A DNA stretch of 64,000 nucleotides, from positions 1 to 64,000 of the forward strand of contig JBECUL010000005.1 in assembly GCA_040225955.1 (NCBI GenBank), in the 5' to 3' direction. The DNA is from Candidatus Asgardarchaeum abyssi. GTDB lineage: Archaea; Asgardarchaeota; Asgardarchaeia; Asgardarchaeales; Asgardarchaeaceae. Under the pieces are notes generated by a model. That model saw only the letters and a list, made by a program, of their open reading frames with translations. It was not told where the DNA came from and searched no databases. A program made the position numbers and the translations under genes. Shown here one piece after another: positions 1 to 10,366 of the stretch (the stretch's first letter is position 1; the number at the start of each line of letters is the position of its first letter).

Positions 1-480
1 ATTTGGTTAAAACCAGAAACATATCTTAGAGTTCTTTATGATGTCATTGATTCATATTTAGAAAGCAACTTTTCTGGTTTTCTCTTGCTTAATTGTCATG
101 TTGGGAATAGAGGACTTGCTATTGCAACTGTGACTCAATATAGACGCTGGTATTCTAAGCTCAAAATTGGGCACATTGAAGTTTGGGATTATCTGGGAAA
201 GTGCTTTGATGCAAAGACATTTGATGACTATTGTATAATTGAAAACAGCTTGGCAATATATTTTGGGCTGATAGACAAGGAACAGATATTAAAGGAGAAA
301 AAAGAAGTTACTGGGAAGGTTAAGATCTCAAAGTTATCTCCATGGCTAACAACGGAGATTGAGGGAATACTGATTAAAACTTTACCTGAAGCATCTTATG
401 AGACAGGAGAGAAAATATTCAATTGTGCAGTGGATGAGATAATTAAGGATATTAAGAGCTGGCTGGAAGAATCCCCTTAA
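1..480 (+). CDS. Creatininase/MftE-like amidohydrolase-fold protein, 5'-truncated by the window edge
   Basis: Frame 1 is open from base 1 (IWLKPETYLRVLYDVIDSY...). LLNCHVGN matches the creatininase NxHGGN motif, and the C-terminal ASYETGEKIF matches the A(S/T)xExG helix. Confidence 0.6.
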   Translation: MWLKPETYLRVLYDVIDSYLESNFSGFLLLNCHVGNRGLAIATVTQYRRWYSKLKIGHIEVWDYLGKCFDAKTFDDYCIIENSLAIYFGLIDKEQILKEKKEVTGKVKISKLSPWLTTEIEGILIKTLPEASYETGEKIFNCAVDEIIKDIKSWLEESP

Positions 481-897
481 CTATTCGAATTCGATTATTG
501 AGACAAAGTATCCTATTGCTGCTATTATGAGGAATAAAGCCAATTGACCCACATTGATGATTGATGTGATGGTTAGTATTTCGACAATGAGTGCGTATAA
601 TAGCGGTGCCGTATAAGTGTTATACCGGATTAATTCCTTTATTTTCTCTGATGAACTTTTAAGTATTTTTCCACTCACAACTAGATATCCAATTATCACC
701 TCTGATATGGAAAGTAAGACAAGTAATAAGAATATCATAAAATCAAACATGGTCTTTGGCATTGCAAATAACAGTCTAATATAAGTTTCATATGTTGCTT
801 TTCCGAGTAACATTGGAATTATTAGAATGAAAAATACTATTGCGAGAGAATGGATTTTAAGCATTTTCATACTCGCATTTGCAGGCATTTTTTTCAC
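481..897 (-). CDS. Hypothetical 4-TM membrane protein
   Basis: 138-aa ORF with about four hydrophobic segments. Confidence 0.7.
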   Translation of the reverse strand: MKKMPANASMKMLKIHSLAIVFFILIIPMLLGKATYETYIRLLFAMPKTMFDFMIFLLLVLLSISEVIIGYLVVSGKILKSSSEKIKELIRYNTYTAPLLYALIVEILTITSIINVGQLALFLIIAAIGYFVSIIEFE

Positions 898-899
898 CG

Positions 900-1016
900 T
901 TAATCAATTAGTAATCTGTTATCGGCTAATTCCTTTTTTGCATTGAGACACATATCAAGCCAGAATTTGCTTTCCTCATACTTCCAATTATAGTTTTCAA
1001 TTTCAACTGTGTACAT
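900..1016 (-). CDS. Small 38-aa ORF (MYTVEIENYNWKYEESKFWLDMCLNAKKELADNRLLID)
   Basis: ATG at 1016 and TAA ending at 900, 2 nt before the next gene's GTG. TATA-like AT tract upstream. Below the ORF-track cutoff. Confidence 0.5.
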   Translation of the reverse strand: MYTVEIENYNWKYEESKFWLDMCLNAKKELADNRLLID

Positions 1017-1260
1017 TGTAAGCGTCACTTAAAAATTGAAATGGGCTTCAAATATAAATATTATACTAAAATTAATTATTTTCTTTATGAATTCTCGAAA
1101 ATGAAGCTATAATAGCCTTACTTGAAACAAGATTATAAGTAGAATTTGAAAAATTATTTCTCTTAAGAGATTTACTAAAATTTAAAAGGATAGGAAATTA
1201 TCATTTCAAAAGTATTGCAAATGAAAAATAAACACATATGGGATACATGGAGGGCTCATT

Positions 1261-2145
1261 GTGGACAAAAAGCTCTTTGGAAGAATAATTACTATAATTT
1301 CTGCAGTAATATGGGGGACTAGCTTTCCAGTAATTGCGTGGGGACTTAATATAATTGACCCATTTACATTTGTGCTTGGTAGATTTTGGATTTCAACAAT
1401 CGTGTTGCTTCCGCTGATCTTTCTTAATGAAAAACACAGAAGCACATTTTTGGAATATTTACATGATAAGACAATAATGATCATGGGTGTCATGAATGGC
1501 ATAGCCTTTCTTCTTCAATTTATAGGCCAGCAATGGACCACTGCAACAAAAGCAGCTATAATAACAGATTCAAATGTGATTTTTGTTGCGATATTTTCGG
1601 CATTCTTATTATCTGAAAGGATTACCCTAAAAAGAGCTCTTGGCATAATAACAGCACTCTTTGGTATTTTCTTGATAATTACAAATGGTGACATATATGC
1701 TCTGACTGGTGGAACTATCTTAGGTGATGTTACCGTTCTCTCTGCTGGAATAATCTGGTCATTTTATATTATCTTGAACAAAGAGAAAACAAGCCAGAAC
1801 GTCGATATAACATCTCTTATGACTGTTATAATCGTTTGGACAACAATAACTCTTCAGCTAATACACATCGTATATGCATTTACAAGTGAGATTATTGTAT
1901 TGGATTTCTATTACGCATTAATATTGATAGCCTACACGGGACTCTTTACAACGATAATATCATTCTTCCTATGGCTTGAGGGGTTGAAATGGTTAGAAGC
2001 TACAACATCGACTATTTATTTGCTTGTTGGACCAATTGTGGCTGCTTTAATTTCTGTTATTTTTCTAAATGAGGTGTTAACGTTATATATTATACTTGGT
2101 GGTATTCTCGTCGGGTTAGGAATATATCTGGTAGAAGAAAAATAG
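1261..2145 (+). CDS. DMT/EamA family transporter
   Basis: Ten TM segments in two repeats, IWGTSF and LSERIT motifs, GGAGG RBS. Confidence 0.9.
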   Translation: MDKKLFGRIITIISAVIWGTSFPVIAWGLNIIDPFTFVLGRFWISTIVLLPLIFLNEKHRSTFLEYLHDKTIMIMGVMNGIAFLLQFIGQQWTTATKAAIITDSNVIFVAIFSAFLLSERITLKRALGIITALFGIFLIITNGDIYALTGGTILGDVTVLSAGIIWSFYIILNKEKTSQNVDITSLMTVIIVWTTITLQLIHIVYAFTSEIIVLDFYYALILIAYTGLFTTIISFFLWLEGLKWLEATTSTIYLLVGPIVAALISVIFLNEVLTLYIILGGILVGLGIYLVEEK

Positions 2146-2254
2146 TGAAGCAAAAGACCATAAGACATATTTTTAGCTAGGCAAACGAGAAGTTATCATT
2201 TATCCAGATGAGTTAGCTGGGCTAAATAATAGAACAATAACTCGCTTGAGCTCT

Positions 2255-2732
2255 TCAATTTTTTGTTATGTAATTTAGAGTATTATGTTGAGAGTTTTTT
2301 AAGGGTTTAACAAATTTCCAGTAAATTTCGAAGCTAAAGCTCCATATACCATATTCTATAAACCCTATTAGCAATGCTATTATTATAAGACCTACGAAAA
2401 ACTCAAGTGAATTAGTTAAGAAATATGCTAATTCTCCTTCTAATAGTTTCTGAAGAAAGAGAATTGCAATGTTAAATGCAAAGCCTAATAATGTAGCCAG
2501 AGCTATCGCATTTCTCTGAAAACGCATTGTCACCATATAAAACCCTATAGAAAGAGAGGGAATCGCTATTAGAATGCATGGGTAAAAAATGAAATCTCCT
2601 AAACCATATGATGGGAAACGTATTATGGATCTACCATATTCAAGAAAAAAGGGAACTAACAGAATCAAAGGAGATAATAAAATCACACTGCTCAGCTAAC
2701 TCTTTTAAAGTTATCTCCTGTCTTTGTAACAC
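2255..2732 (-). pseudogene. Membrane protein with probable single-base frameshift near 2690
   Basis: AGGTGA RBS plus GTG at 2732 (MLQRQEITLKEL...) lies one base out of frame with the hydrophobic 143-aa ORF 2255..2686. Confidence 0.45.
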
Positions 2733-2908
2733 TGTTCTCACCTTTCGGTTATACTATAATTTGTTGTTCTACTTTAAAGTGTAGTATATCAATTGGAATA
2801 ATAAATATTTAACTTTGATTCACCAAATTATGATTTTACAATTCAATAATAAAGAGAGAGTATAATATTTTTAATACTGTAAAACATGCATATGTATGTG
2901 TGATTAAA

Positions 2909-3154
2909 ATGACAATTATTAGCGTCAGAATAGATGATGAGTTGAAAAAGGAAATGGATCGATTAAAGCATATTAATTGGAATGAGATAATAAGGCAAGC
3001 TATAATAAGGACTATAAACGAAGAAAAGGGTAGAAATCTTGCAAGGGCAGTTCTGCTAAATGAAAAAGTTCGTAAAGAGGCTCCTAAGGGCTGGGATACA
3101 ACAGAAATTCTAAGATACTGGAGAGAGCACAGATTTGGAAAAGGTAGTAATTAA
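2909..3154 (+). CDS. vapB: Ribbon-helix-helix VapB-type antitoxin
   Basis: MTIISVRIDDELKKEM...INWNEIIRQAI and C-terminal DTTEILRYWRE. Confidence 0.8.
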   Translation: MTIISVRIDDELKKEMDRLKHINWNEIIRQAIIRTINEEKGRNLARAVLLNEKVRKEAPKGWDTTEILRYWREHRFGKGSN

Positions 3155-3176
3155 TATCAACACCATAGTAAAATAA
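3135..3176 (+). pseudogene. 13-codon stub of a PIN/VapC toxin
   Basis: TTG overlapping the antitoxin end encodes MEKVVININTIVK-stop, resembling the PIN N-terminus (MxKVVxDxxxxVK). Confidence 0.5.
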
Positions 3177-3196
3177 TTTAAAGATGATTATTATAT

Positions 3197-5083
3197 TTAT
3201 GTTTGAAATCTTTCTTTTTCTTTATGTGGGAAATACATTGCGTCGACAAGTTCTTTATAAAAGTCTTTATGACCACCAAGGTTTACATATCTTATTTTTC
3301 TTAAAATCGGTTCAATTTTCATTCTAAACCTTTTTGACAAGAGAAACATTTTAGCACCTGCAAGAGCTGTATTTCCCATAGGCTTTATATTTTTATTTGG
3401 AACATTTGGAAGAAGGCCGATTGTTTTTATACTGTCAACTCTAAGGTTGCTTCCAAATCCACCAGCTACATATACTGTATCAATATCCTCTGGTTTGACA
3501 TTTACATATCTTAGAAGCAAACATGTTGCAGCAAAAGCTGCGGCCTTAGCTAGTTGAATCTCTCTTATGTCTTTTTGAGTTAAAACGATATCTTTTCCAA
3601 TTGCTGTCTCGTTGGCGTAAGCAATTACAAATTCCATGTAGTCATCTCCTTTTCTAATTCTTTTAGTGTTTAGGTTCACATTAAATCTACCAGTATTATC
3701 GATGATTCCAACCTTTACCATTTCTGCTATAGCATTGATAATTCCAGTTCCACAAAGTCCAATCGGTTTCATATCACCAATAACACTATATTTTACATCA
3801 AACGTGTTAGGATCTATCTCAACATCTTCTATTGCTCCGTCAGATGCTCTTGTTCCAAACTTTATCTTTGCTCCCTCAAAAGCTGCACCAGCAGCAAACG
3901 ATGTTGCAATGAGCTCTCCTCTTTTGTTCAGCACTATTTCTCCATTTGTCCCTATATCTATCAAAAACTCGATCTTGTTTGGATGCTTATATATTCCAGT
4001 CGCAATGATTCCTGCTGTGATATCGCTACCTATGTAGCCAGCTATTAGCGGTGGTGTATATACTCTTGCATTTTCATTCCCTTTTAGCCCTAGCTTTTTA
4101 GCACTAACGTATGTAGAGCCTCTAAAGACCGGCATAAATGGGGCTCTTCCTAAACTTTCTGGGTTTATGCATAGAAAAAGGTGCATCATTACGGAATTAC
4201 CAACAGCAACAAACTCCTTAATATCCTCAAGCTCAATATTATTCCTTTTTATAAGTTGTGTTGTCAAATCGTTAATGCCTTTAATAACCAGACTGTTAAT
4301 TTGCTTCAAATTTTTCTCTGATTTCTGGGCGTATGAGATTCTAGAAATTATGTCCTCACCAAGAGATATTTGTGGGTTAAGCATAGATACCACATCTATT
4401 TCATTTCCAGAACTTAGATCGATGAGAGATGCAACAAGAGTTGTAGTACCAATATCTATTGCGATACCATAATTTGCATTTATTTTTTCGATATCCTCGA
4501 CATCAATAATCTCTGACGTGCCCTGAGAAATAGTAACAGAAAAACTTCTTTTGCCTTCGGAAAATAATTTCGATATCTTGCTTATTATATCAAGCGGTAT
4601 CATTTTAATCGAAATATCGGGATATACACGTTTTATTCCATCTGAAATTAGATCAAAAATAGCAACCCCAGTTTCCTCTTTGGGGACCTCTATAGCTACT
4701 GCGACTTTAACAATATTGGGATCTATCTTAAATTTCTCTGATATCCCCTTGATTACTATTTTTGGTTTGAGTTCCAGGCTTTCCCTAGGTATCTCTATTA
4801 TCAAGTCGCTTAAGGGCTTGACTTGACAGGAGAGTCTATACCCATTTTTGATTTCGTCTTCTAAAAGAAATCTTCTCTCAGAATCGGTTAATGGCGTAAC
4901 CTCTCCCTTAATAAGCTTTATTTTGCATTTTCCGCAAAGTCCATGACCTGCACATAAAGTTTTAATTCTAATTCCATTTTCTATTAGGGTCTCAAATAAT
5001 GTCTTATCTGTTGATGTTTGCAACGTTCTCTTAAGAGTTTTGATTTCTACGGATATGTTTTGGTTCATAGTCTCACTCAACAA
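3197..5083 (-). CDS. ASKHA-domain [2Fe-2S] reductive activator of corrinoid proteins (RACo/DUF4445 type)
   Basis: N-terminal CAGHGLCGKC...RLSC ferredoxin, plus DIGTT, DIGTNGE, DIREIQLAKAA and AGGFG motifs. Confidence 0.9.
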   Translation of the reverse strand: MLSETMNQNISVEIKTLKRTLQTSTDKTLFETLIENGIRIKTLCAGHGLCGKCKIKLIKGEVTPLTDSERRFLLEDEIKNGYRLSCQVKPLSDLIIEIPRESLELKPKIVIKGISEKFKIDPNIVKVAVAIEVPKEETGVAIFDLISDGIKRVYPDISIKMIPLDIISKISKLFSEGKRSFSVTISQGTSEIIDVEDIEKINANYGIAIDIGTTTLVASLIDLSSGNEIDVVSMLNPQISLGEDIISRISYAQKSEKNLKQINSLVIKGINDLTTQLIKRNNIELEDIKEFVAVGNSVMMHLFLCINPESLGRAPFMPVFRGSTYVSAKKLGLKGNENARVYTPPLIAGYIGSDITAGIIATGIYKHPNKIEFLIDIGTNGEIVLNKRGELIATSFAAGAAFEGAKIKFGTRASDGAIEDVEIDPNTFDVKYSVIGDMKPIGLCGTGIINAIAEMVKVGIIDNTGRFNVNLNTKRIRKGDDYMEFVIAYANETAIGKDIVLTQKDIREIQLAKAAAFAATCLLLRYVNVKPEDIDTVYVAGGFGSNLRVDSIKTIGLLPNVPNKNIKPMGNTALAGAKMFLLSKRFRMKIEPILRKIRYVNLGGHKDFYKELVDAMYFPHKEKERFQT

Positions 5084-5592
5084 ATAAGGTACAAAAGGTG
5101 TATATTATTGTTTTGATATTATTAGAATAAATAGTGATTACAAATTGAAAATTTTACAATAAGAAGTACAAAAATCAACAAATATTAAAGAAAATATGTA
5201 TGCTTGCACTAATGGCTAAGAGGGACAACAATAACAGTGTCGTCTTATTTGAAACTACTTAACTAGGTGGTTTTTTGCTAATTAAATATTTTATAGATTT
5301 CAGAATTTAACTATTGTAACAACCATATATTCCATTAACGGTTCTTTTTGATTTTTAAAAAGTTAATCTTTATCATTATGATTACTTTACTTTTTCACAA
5401 GATCTAAAATTGCATTTGGTAAAAAGAAAGAAAGAATTTTTTTATTTTTCAAAATTCGGAATATGATTACTTTGTTGGTGAAATTAAGCTGTTAGCTGTT
5501 ATTTTTAAAAAGAAAAGATGATATAACTCATTTTTTAAGAATATATATAAACGTTTCTAGAAATAAAAAGTCTACTGCCTAACAAATTACGT

Positions 5593-7062
5593 GTGGTGAG
5601 AATTTTGAGATTAAAGAGGAAAAGTATATTGCTTTGCGTATTTTTATTCTTATTATTGTTGATAAACTACGCAGTAATATCTTCTCAAGCAACAGATATA
5701 AGAGGTAGTGATATAAAGTTTAAGCCGCTAGCAAATAGTCATGCTATGTTTGGAACTAAAAGTAACTTACTTAGTGCTACTGTTAAGTCCTCAGGAGAAT
5801 TAAGGCCATATCGACCAATTATCATTTTACCCGAAGAAAATGGGACGGAAGACATACAACTTGTTAAATCCAGTGAGCCACCATATTATTACATATCGGC
5901 TAGAAAAATATTAAAGGCTCCTACTGCTACATTTATAAACAAGGAGGAAAAATACGTTATGTCTAATGGACTTATATCTGTGATTCCCTTGGTTCCATCA
6001 GTTTGGCAAAGAAGTTCAACTATTCGTGTGAAAGTTAGATTTGAGAATCATATGCCATTTCCATTTCACTACAGTGGCTATATCAAGTGCTATGTAAAGG
6101 ACACCTATTACTCTGGCTCTTCTAGGATTTGGGTTACTGAAGCTTTTTCTCAGAAATACGTCTCATTTACAATAGCACCATACTCCAGAAAAACAGTATC
6201 CTTATATGTTCACATAGGGTACACAACAGTTGGCTTGAAGAAGGTCGTTGTTGAAATTACGGGCACTTTACAACTAACATTCGATTTGGGATACAATTTC
6301 GTCCAAAAGGTAAATACAAATGAGCTGGGAACACCGACTAAGGTGAATAGCCTTGAGAACTATTTTGAACTGTCAGATCTCTTTCACTTCAACCAGTGGT
6401 CTGTTCTAAAGAAAGCAGCTAAGGCTATTGATGCTGGATACCAAGATAGAGTATCCATCAGAAACGCTGCACAAGACCTGATGAATTGGATATATTACCA
6501 CTTCATATACTATACAAGTAATGTTGCTCTCTTAAATTATACGGCGTCGGATATATGGTTGCTTTCGAACACTTATAATGAATATTACATAGGCGTTTGT
6601 GATGAGTATACTGTTCTTTATATTTCATTCGCTAGAGGAATGAATATACCAACGCGAATGATTGCTGTGTTCTTTGTAACCTATTTTTCTGGACAAATTG
6701 TGTTGGATGGAACAAGAGGCCCTCTTGGGCATATTTTTGCGGAAATATGGGATGGTAATACATGGGTTCATGTAGATGCCACAAATTACCTCTTTGACGA
6801 TCCTGACTACTATAAAGAACATGGTTATAATATAGGATTCATTTATGTCTTACAAGGAGCTGATGATGATTTAAGCAATTATGACGAGGAATGCGGCCCT
6901 GGTATAGTAGCATTAACTCATTATGGTACACGAATTCCTAATGTGGATATGTTAAATCGTAATGGTTATATTGATAAAAATTGGTGGAAGAGTGGCGATA
7001 TACTATATTATTTCGAATATAACGGTCCAAATTATGAAGAATACATTAACGGAAATGAGTGA
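5593..7062 (+). CDS. Secreted transglutaminase-like (Cys-His-Asp) protein
   Basis: Signal peptide. Catalytic motifs GVCDEY...ARGMNIPTR, GHIFAEIW and WVHVDAT. Confidence 0.85.
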   Translation: MVRILRLKRKSILLCVFLFLLLLINYAVISSQATDIRGSDIKFKPLANSHAMFGTKSNLLSATVKSSGELRPYRPIIILPEENGTEDIQLVKSSEPPYYYISARKILKAPTATFINKEEKYVMSNGLISVIPLVPSVWQRSSTIRVKVRFENHMPFPFHYSGYIKCYVKDTYYSGSSRIWVTEAFSQKYVSFTIAPYSRKTVSLYVHIGYTTVGLKKVVVEITGTLQLTFDLGYNFVQKVNTNELGTPTKVNSLENYFELSDLFHFNQWSVLKKAAKAIDAGYQDRVSIRNAAQDLMNWIYYHFIYYTSNVALLNYTASDIWLLSNTYNEYYIGVCDEYTVLYISFARGMNIPTRMIAVFFVTYFSGQIVLDGTRGPLGHIFAEIWDGNTWVHVDATNYLFDDPDYYKEHGYNIGFIYVLQGADDDLSNYDEECGPGIVALTHYGTRIPNVDMLNRNGYIDKNWWKSGDILYYFEYNGPNYEEYINGNE

Positions 7063-7111
7063 GTGATAATTATTAACTCAAAACAAAAATAAAGTTAGAG
7101 GGAAGATAAGT

Positions 7112-8194
7112 ATGGATATGAGAGTACCTATAATTCTTAGAAATAGAAAACTCTACACATCTGGAATTATCATCCTCTTTATTTTATTATTATCCAGCCC
7201 CACTATTTATTCAATGAATGAGGAAAATTATATTTCCGCGACACATATTTCAGATGATTACGACCCATTTTTTGGAGTCATTCTTCGCTATATTTCTTTA
7301 GATGGTCAGTTAGTTACTCTCTATGGAGGACAGATTTTTTATGATCCAATTATATGGTATACTGAAAGTAACGAGACAATGAGTTTCAAAAGCTTATGGA
7401 GCTACTATATGTTCTTGAACCTTGATTTTATAAGATTGGTGAAGATATCTGATGGCGTTTATAATATATCATGCAATCAATATGTGGTTAATTGCACGTA
7501 TGTTCTTAATCTGGTGAAAGATAATTATACTGCTGTTATTCTTTCAAATTACACTGGAAATGAATTCCATCAAGTTGTAATCATAGGCCATAACATAACG
7601 CCCCCTCAGCCTATCGTCAGAAATGGGACATACACGTATAAACCGATAAGCAAGTGGATTGAAGAGAAACGGATAGAATATCACGCATGCGATACATCGT
7701 CAAAATACAACCCTTCTAGAGCAATAAAGCTGGCAATTAAATTTCTAGAAAGTAGCGGATATCCCATTAATTTCAATATGTCGTGGCGGTCTGATTTTAT
7801 TGAGGGCATAGCAATAATTCCAAGAGAAGCAATCAACAAAACAGTAGCAGGAGACTTTAATTTCATCTGGAGTATTCGCATCATCAAAAGATTATCCATA
7901 AATGGTAGTGGTCATCTTCCATTCTACTCCGGACCTGAAAAAATTATTGCATTTTTTGTCTTTATTAGTGATGATGGGCAGTTGATCATGGTAAAGAAAA
8001 TGGGACCTATGACAGTTTTTAACGTGATCTTTGCCCAAGAGGAAGAAAACAACACATATAACGTAGATATTATTTACGATAGGAAAGACATTTTAACAAA
8101 AGTAAATTGCTCCATACTTATTAATATCTTAATAAGCACTATAGTCATCGCAATTCCAATTTCTCACAGAAAAAATAAAGCAAAACTGTATTGA
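7112..8194 (+). CDS. Exported protein, paralogue 1 of unnamed tandem family
   Basis: Signal or TM segment. Motifs NYTGNEF, SSKYNPSRAI, FNFIWSI, FISDDGQLI. Confidence 0.75.
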   Translation: MDMRVPIILRNRKLYTSGIIILFILLLSSPTIYSMNEENYISATHISDDYDPFFGVILRYISLDGQLVTLYGGQIFYDPIIWYTESNETMSFKSLWSYYMFLNLDFIRLVKISDGVYNISCNQYVVNCTYVLNLVKDNYTAVILSNYTGNEFHQVVIIGHNITPPQPIVRNGTYTYKPISKWIEEKRIEYHACDTSSKYNPSRAIKLAIKFLESSGYPINFNMSWRSDFIEGIAIIPREAINKTVAGDFNFIWSIRIIKRLSINGSGHLPFYSGPEKIIAFFVFISDDGQLIMVKKMGPMTVFNVIFAQEEENNTYNVDIIYDRKDILTKVNCSILINILISTIVIAIPISHRKNKAKLY

Positions 8195-8461
8195 AGTTAG
8201 GAACTTTTAACATAGCGATTTACATTTAAAAAGAGGGTACGACAATAAATAGTATATGTGCAAGAAAATATTATCACCGTACCCCTAAGATATATAAGAG
8301 TGAATCCTTTAAATGCAATGTCTTATTACAAAAAAATTGAACTTTAGAATTGAGCCCTCATACAATAGTCTTAATAATTGTGCTTAAAGGAAAAGACAAA
8401 GAAAGAAATAATATACCTACTATAAAATGAACATGCAATTGTCCACTGGAGGTAAATTTAA

Positions 8462-9392
8462 ATGAGAAGGTCTCTCATGAGGTGCAATGATTTTTTTGTC
8501 CTATTATTTTTTTCCACATTTTTAATACCCCAATTGACTATAGCCCACCCTAAGCTTGATGTTCAATATTTCGGCGAGGTAATCCATGGGAACATAATTG
8601 ACCGTCATCTCCATAAACGGAACCAATATAACCATCAGCGGCTTCACGTATAACATAAACGCAACATGGGACAGCCTAAATGCTACTAAAATGTCGTTCC
8701 CCTCGATTTGGGTAGAAAGGGCATTAGGCAGGTACCGTAATAACCTTTTACCAGTTCGTGATGATATTGTTGATGAATTACTTTCAAGAGGTAGAGCTTT
8801 AATCTTCGCAGCAGATTATAATGGTACCCATTATAAGGAAGTCATCATCGAGGGTAAAGCAACAGCAGTGTGGGGCATTCCATTAGATGCAGTTAACAGA
8901 TCTATTCCATCTATCTCATATAGTGCCTATCGTGTGATATATGAGGAGAAACGAACTGAAATTGCAAGTGAAAATGCCAGCTCTAAATACAACCCGTCTC
9001 TTGCTATTCTGAATGCTATCAGATTTTTGAATAATAAGAGCTTAGTTTTTGATAATGTGACAAAAGTGTTTTTGATTCCTCAGGAATATTTGACTGACGA
9101 GTATAAGAACTACGAGTTTGTGTGGTCCATGATATTCCTTCATGACCTAAACTCGTCTGAAGGTGCTGATCTTGAGTTAAACCATTTCATATTATCTCCA
9201 AACGCAACAATAATCCGACACATCCACTTAATCTTGAGAATAGTAGAAGGCGTGTCTCCCTGTCATGGATGCGAACCGCCCAAACAATATGATTATAGTC
9301 TCTACTTCTATGCAAGCATAGGAGGCATTATGGTTGCAACTCTACTAGTAGTAGTTTACGTCAGAATAACTAGAGAAAAGCATAAACACTAG
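8462..9392 (+). pseudogene. Paralogue 2 of the same family, split by a +1 frameshift near 8596
   Basis: GGAGGT RBS. The signal-peptide ORF 8462 joins ORF 8598 if one A is removed from CATAATTG. Family motifs SSKYNPSLAI, YEFVWSM, ILSPNATII. C-terminal TM. Confidence 0.7.
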
Positions 9393-9634
9393 AGTTTCCC
9401 TAAAATTCTCTCATATAAGTATTTAATTTAATCTCATTCTGTCCATATTTTATTTGTACACATTTAAGATTTTGTAATCAAAAAATTAGTATTCACTCTA
9501 TACTTCCATAATCAACATTTCTTTACAAAATATTTTAATAGATTAAGGTTATCTTTTGCATAATTAACATTGGTGATCAGATGCCCTAATACAGACGAGG
9601 GATATACATTTTGCTTGTGGTGACTTGTCACAAG

Positions 9635-10366
9635 ATGAAAATAGATGACATTTTATCTCACTTAGTGGTAATGGCCTTAATTATGCTTCTTGCTCTTTCT
9701 CCGTATTATCTGATATATTTCACAAGTTATAAAGGGATTACAGTTGAATATCTGTATGACGTAAATGATGAAACAAGTTATAAAAGATACATCACATTAA
9801 ATGGGATGCAAATACTTTTGTTAGGCCCATATGTACCGAAGAATTTCACATTCCACGATTTGAGTAATAGGACACATCATTACTATAACTATTGGCGAAC
9901 AGTTCTAAGATTTGTTGAGTACAATGGCTCAAAAATTGCCATCACACTTCTGAGTAATTACACAGGCAATTATTTCGACGAACTCGTGATATTCTTCAAC
10001 ACATACAGTCCAAAAGTTTACATAAAGCCTTTAACGCCATTGCAGTGCAATATTACCACATGGCGAGCTATCAATTGGACACTGTTTGTAGGTCAGAATG
10101 TATCATCAATATATAATCCGTCAAAGGTACTCTACAAGGTGATGCTATATTTAAAAAGGTATTATTATGGGTGCGAATATGTGACTGGGATTTATCTTGT
10201 TCCAAATTTCCTTCTGGAAAACTATAAGAGCTATGATTTTTTGTGGTACTTATTCTTAGGCAAAGCTTTAAATGGAACGCATGCAATGGAATACACTATA
10301 ATAGCTACTCCAAATGCAAGAATATTAAACATAACTTGTCATATTCATCGCTACGTTTTCGCATAA
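9635..10366 (+). CDS. Exported protein, paralogue 3
   Basis: GGTGA RBS before ATG 9635. Motifs NYTGNYF, SSIYNPSK, YDFLWYL, IATPNARIL. Confidence 0.75.
   Translation: MKIDDILSHLVVMALIMLLALSPYYLIYFTSYKGITVEYLYDVNDETSYKRYITLNGMQILLLGPYVPKNFTFHDLSNRTHHYYNYWRTVLRFVEYNGSKIAITLLSNYTGNYFDELVIFFNTYSPKVYIKPLTPLQCNITTWRAINWTLFVGQNVSSIYNPSKVLYKVMLYLKRYYYGCEYVTGIYLVPNFLLENYKSYDFLWYLFLGKALNGTHAMEYTIIATPNARILNITCHIHRYVFA

Noticed and set aside
2175-2252. Branched hairpin or tRNA-like fold between convergent genes
   Set aside because: The pairing is imperfect and there is no T-loop or D-loop consensus. At most a terminator.
3666-4826. Short ORFs antisense to long genes (here and at e.g. 11629, 29068, 32036, 58666, 61290)
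   Set aside because: They lie wholly opposite well-supported CDSs and have no motifs or RBS.
9260-9275. Heme c motif in paralogue 2 (CHGC)
   Set aside because: It reads CHGCE, not CxxCH.
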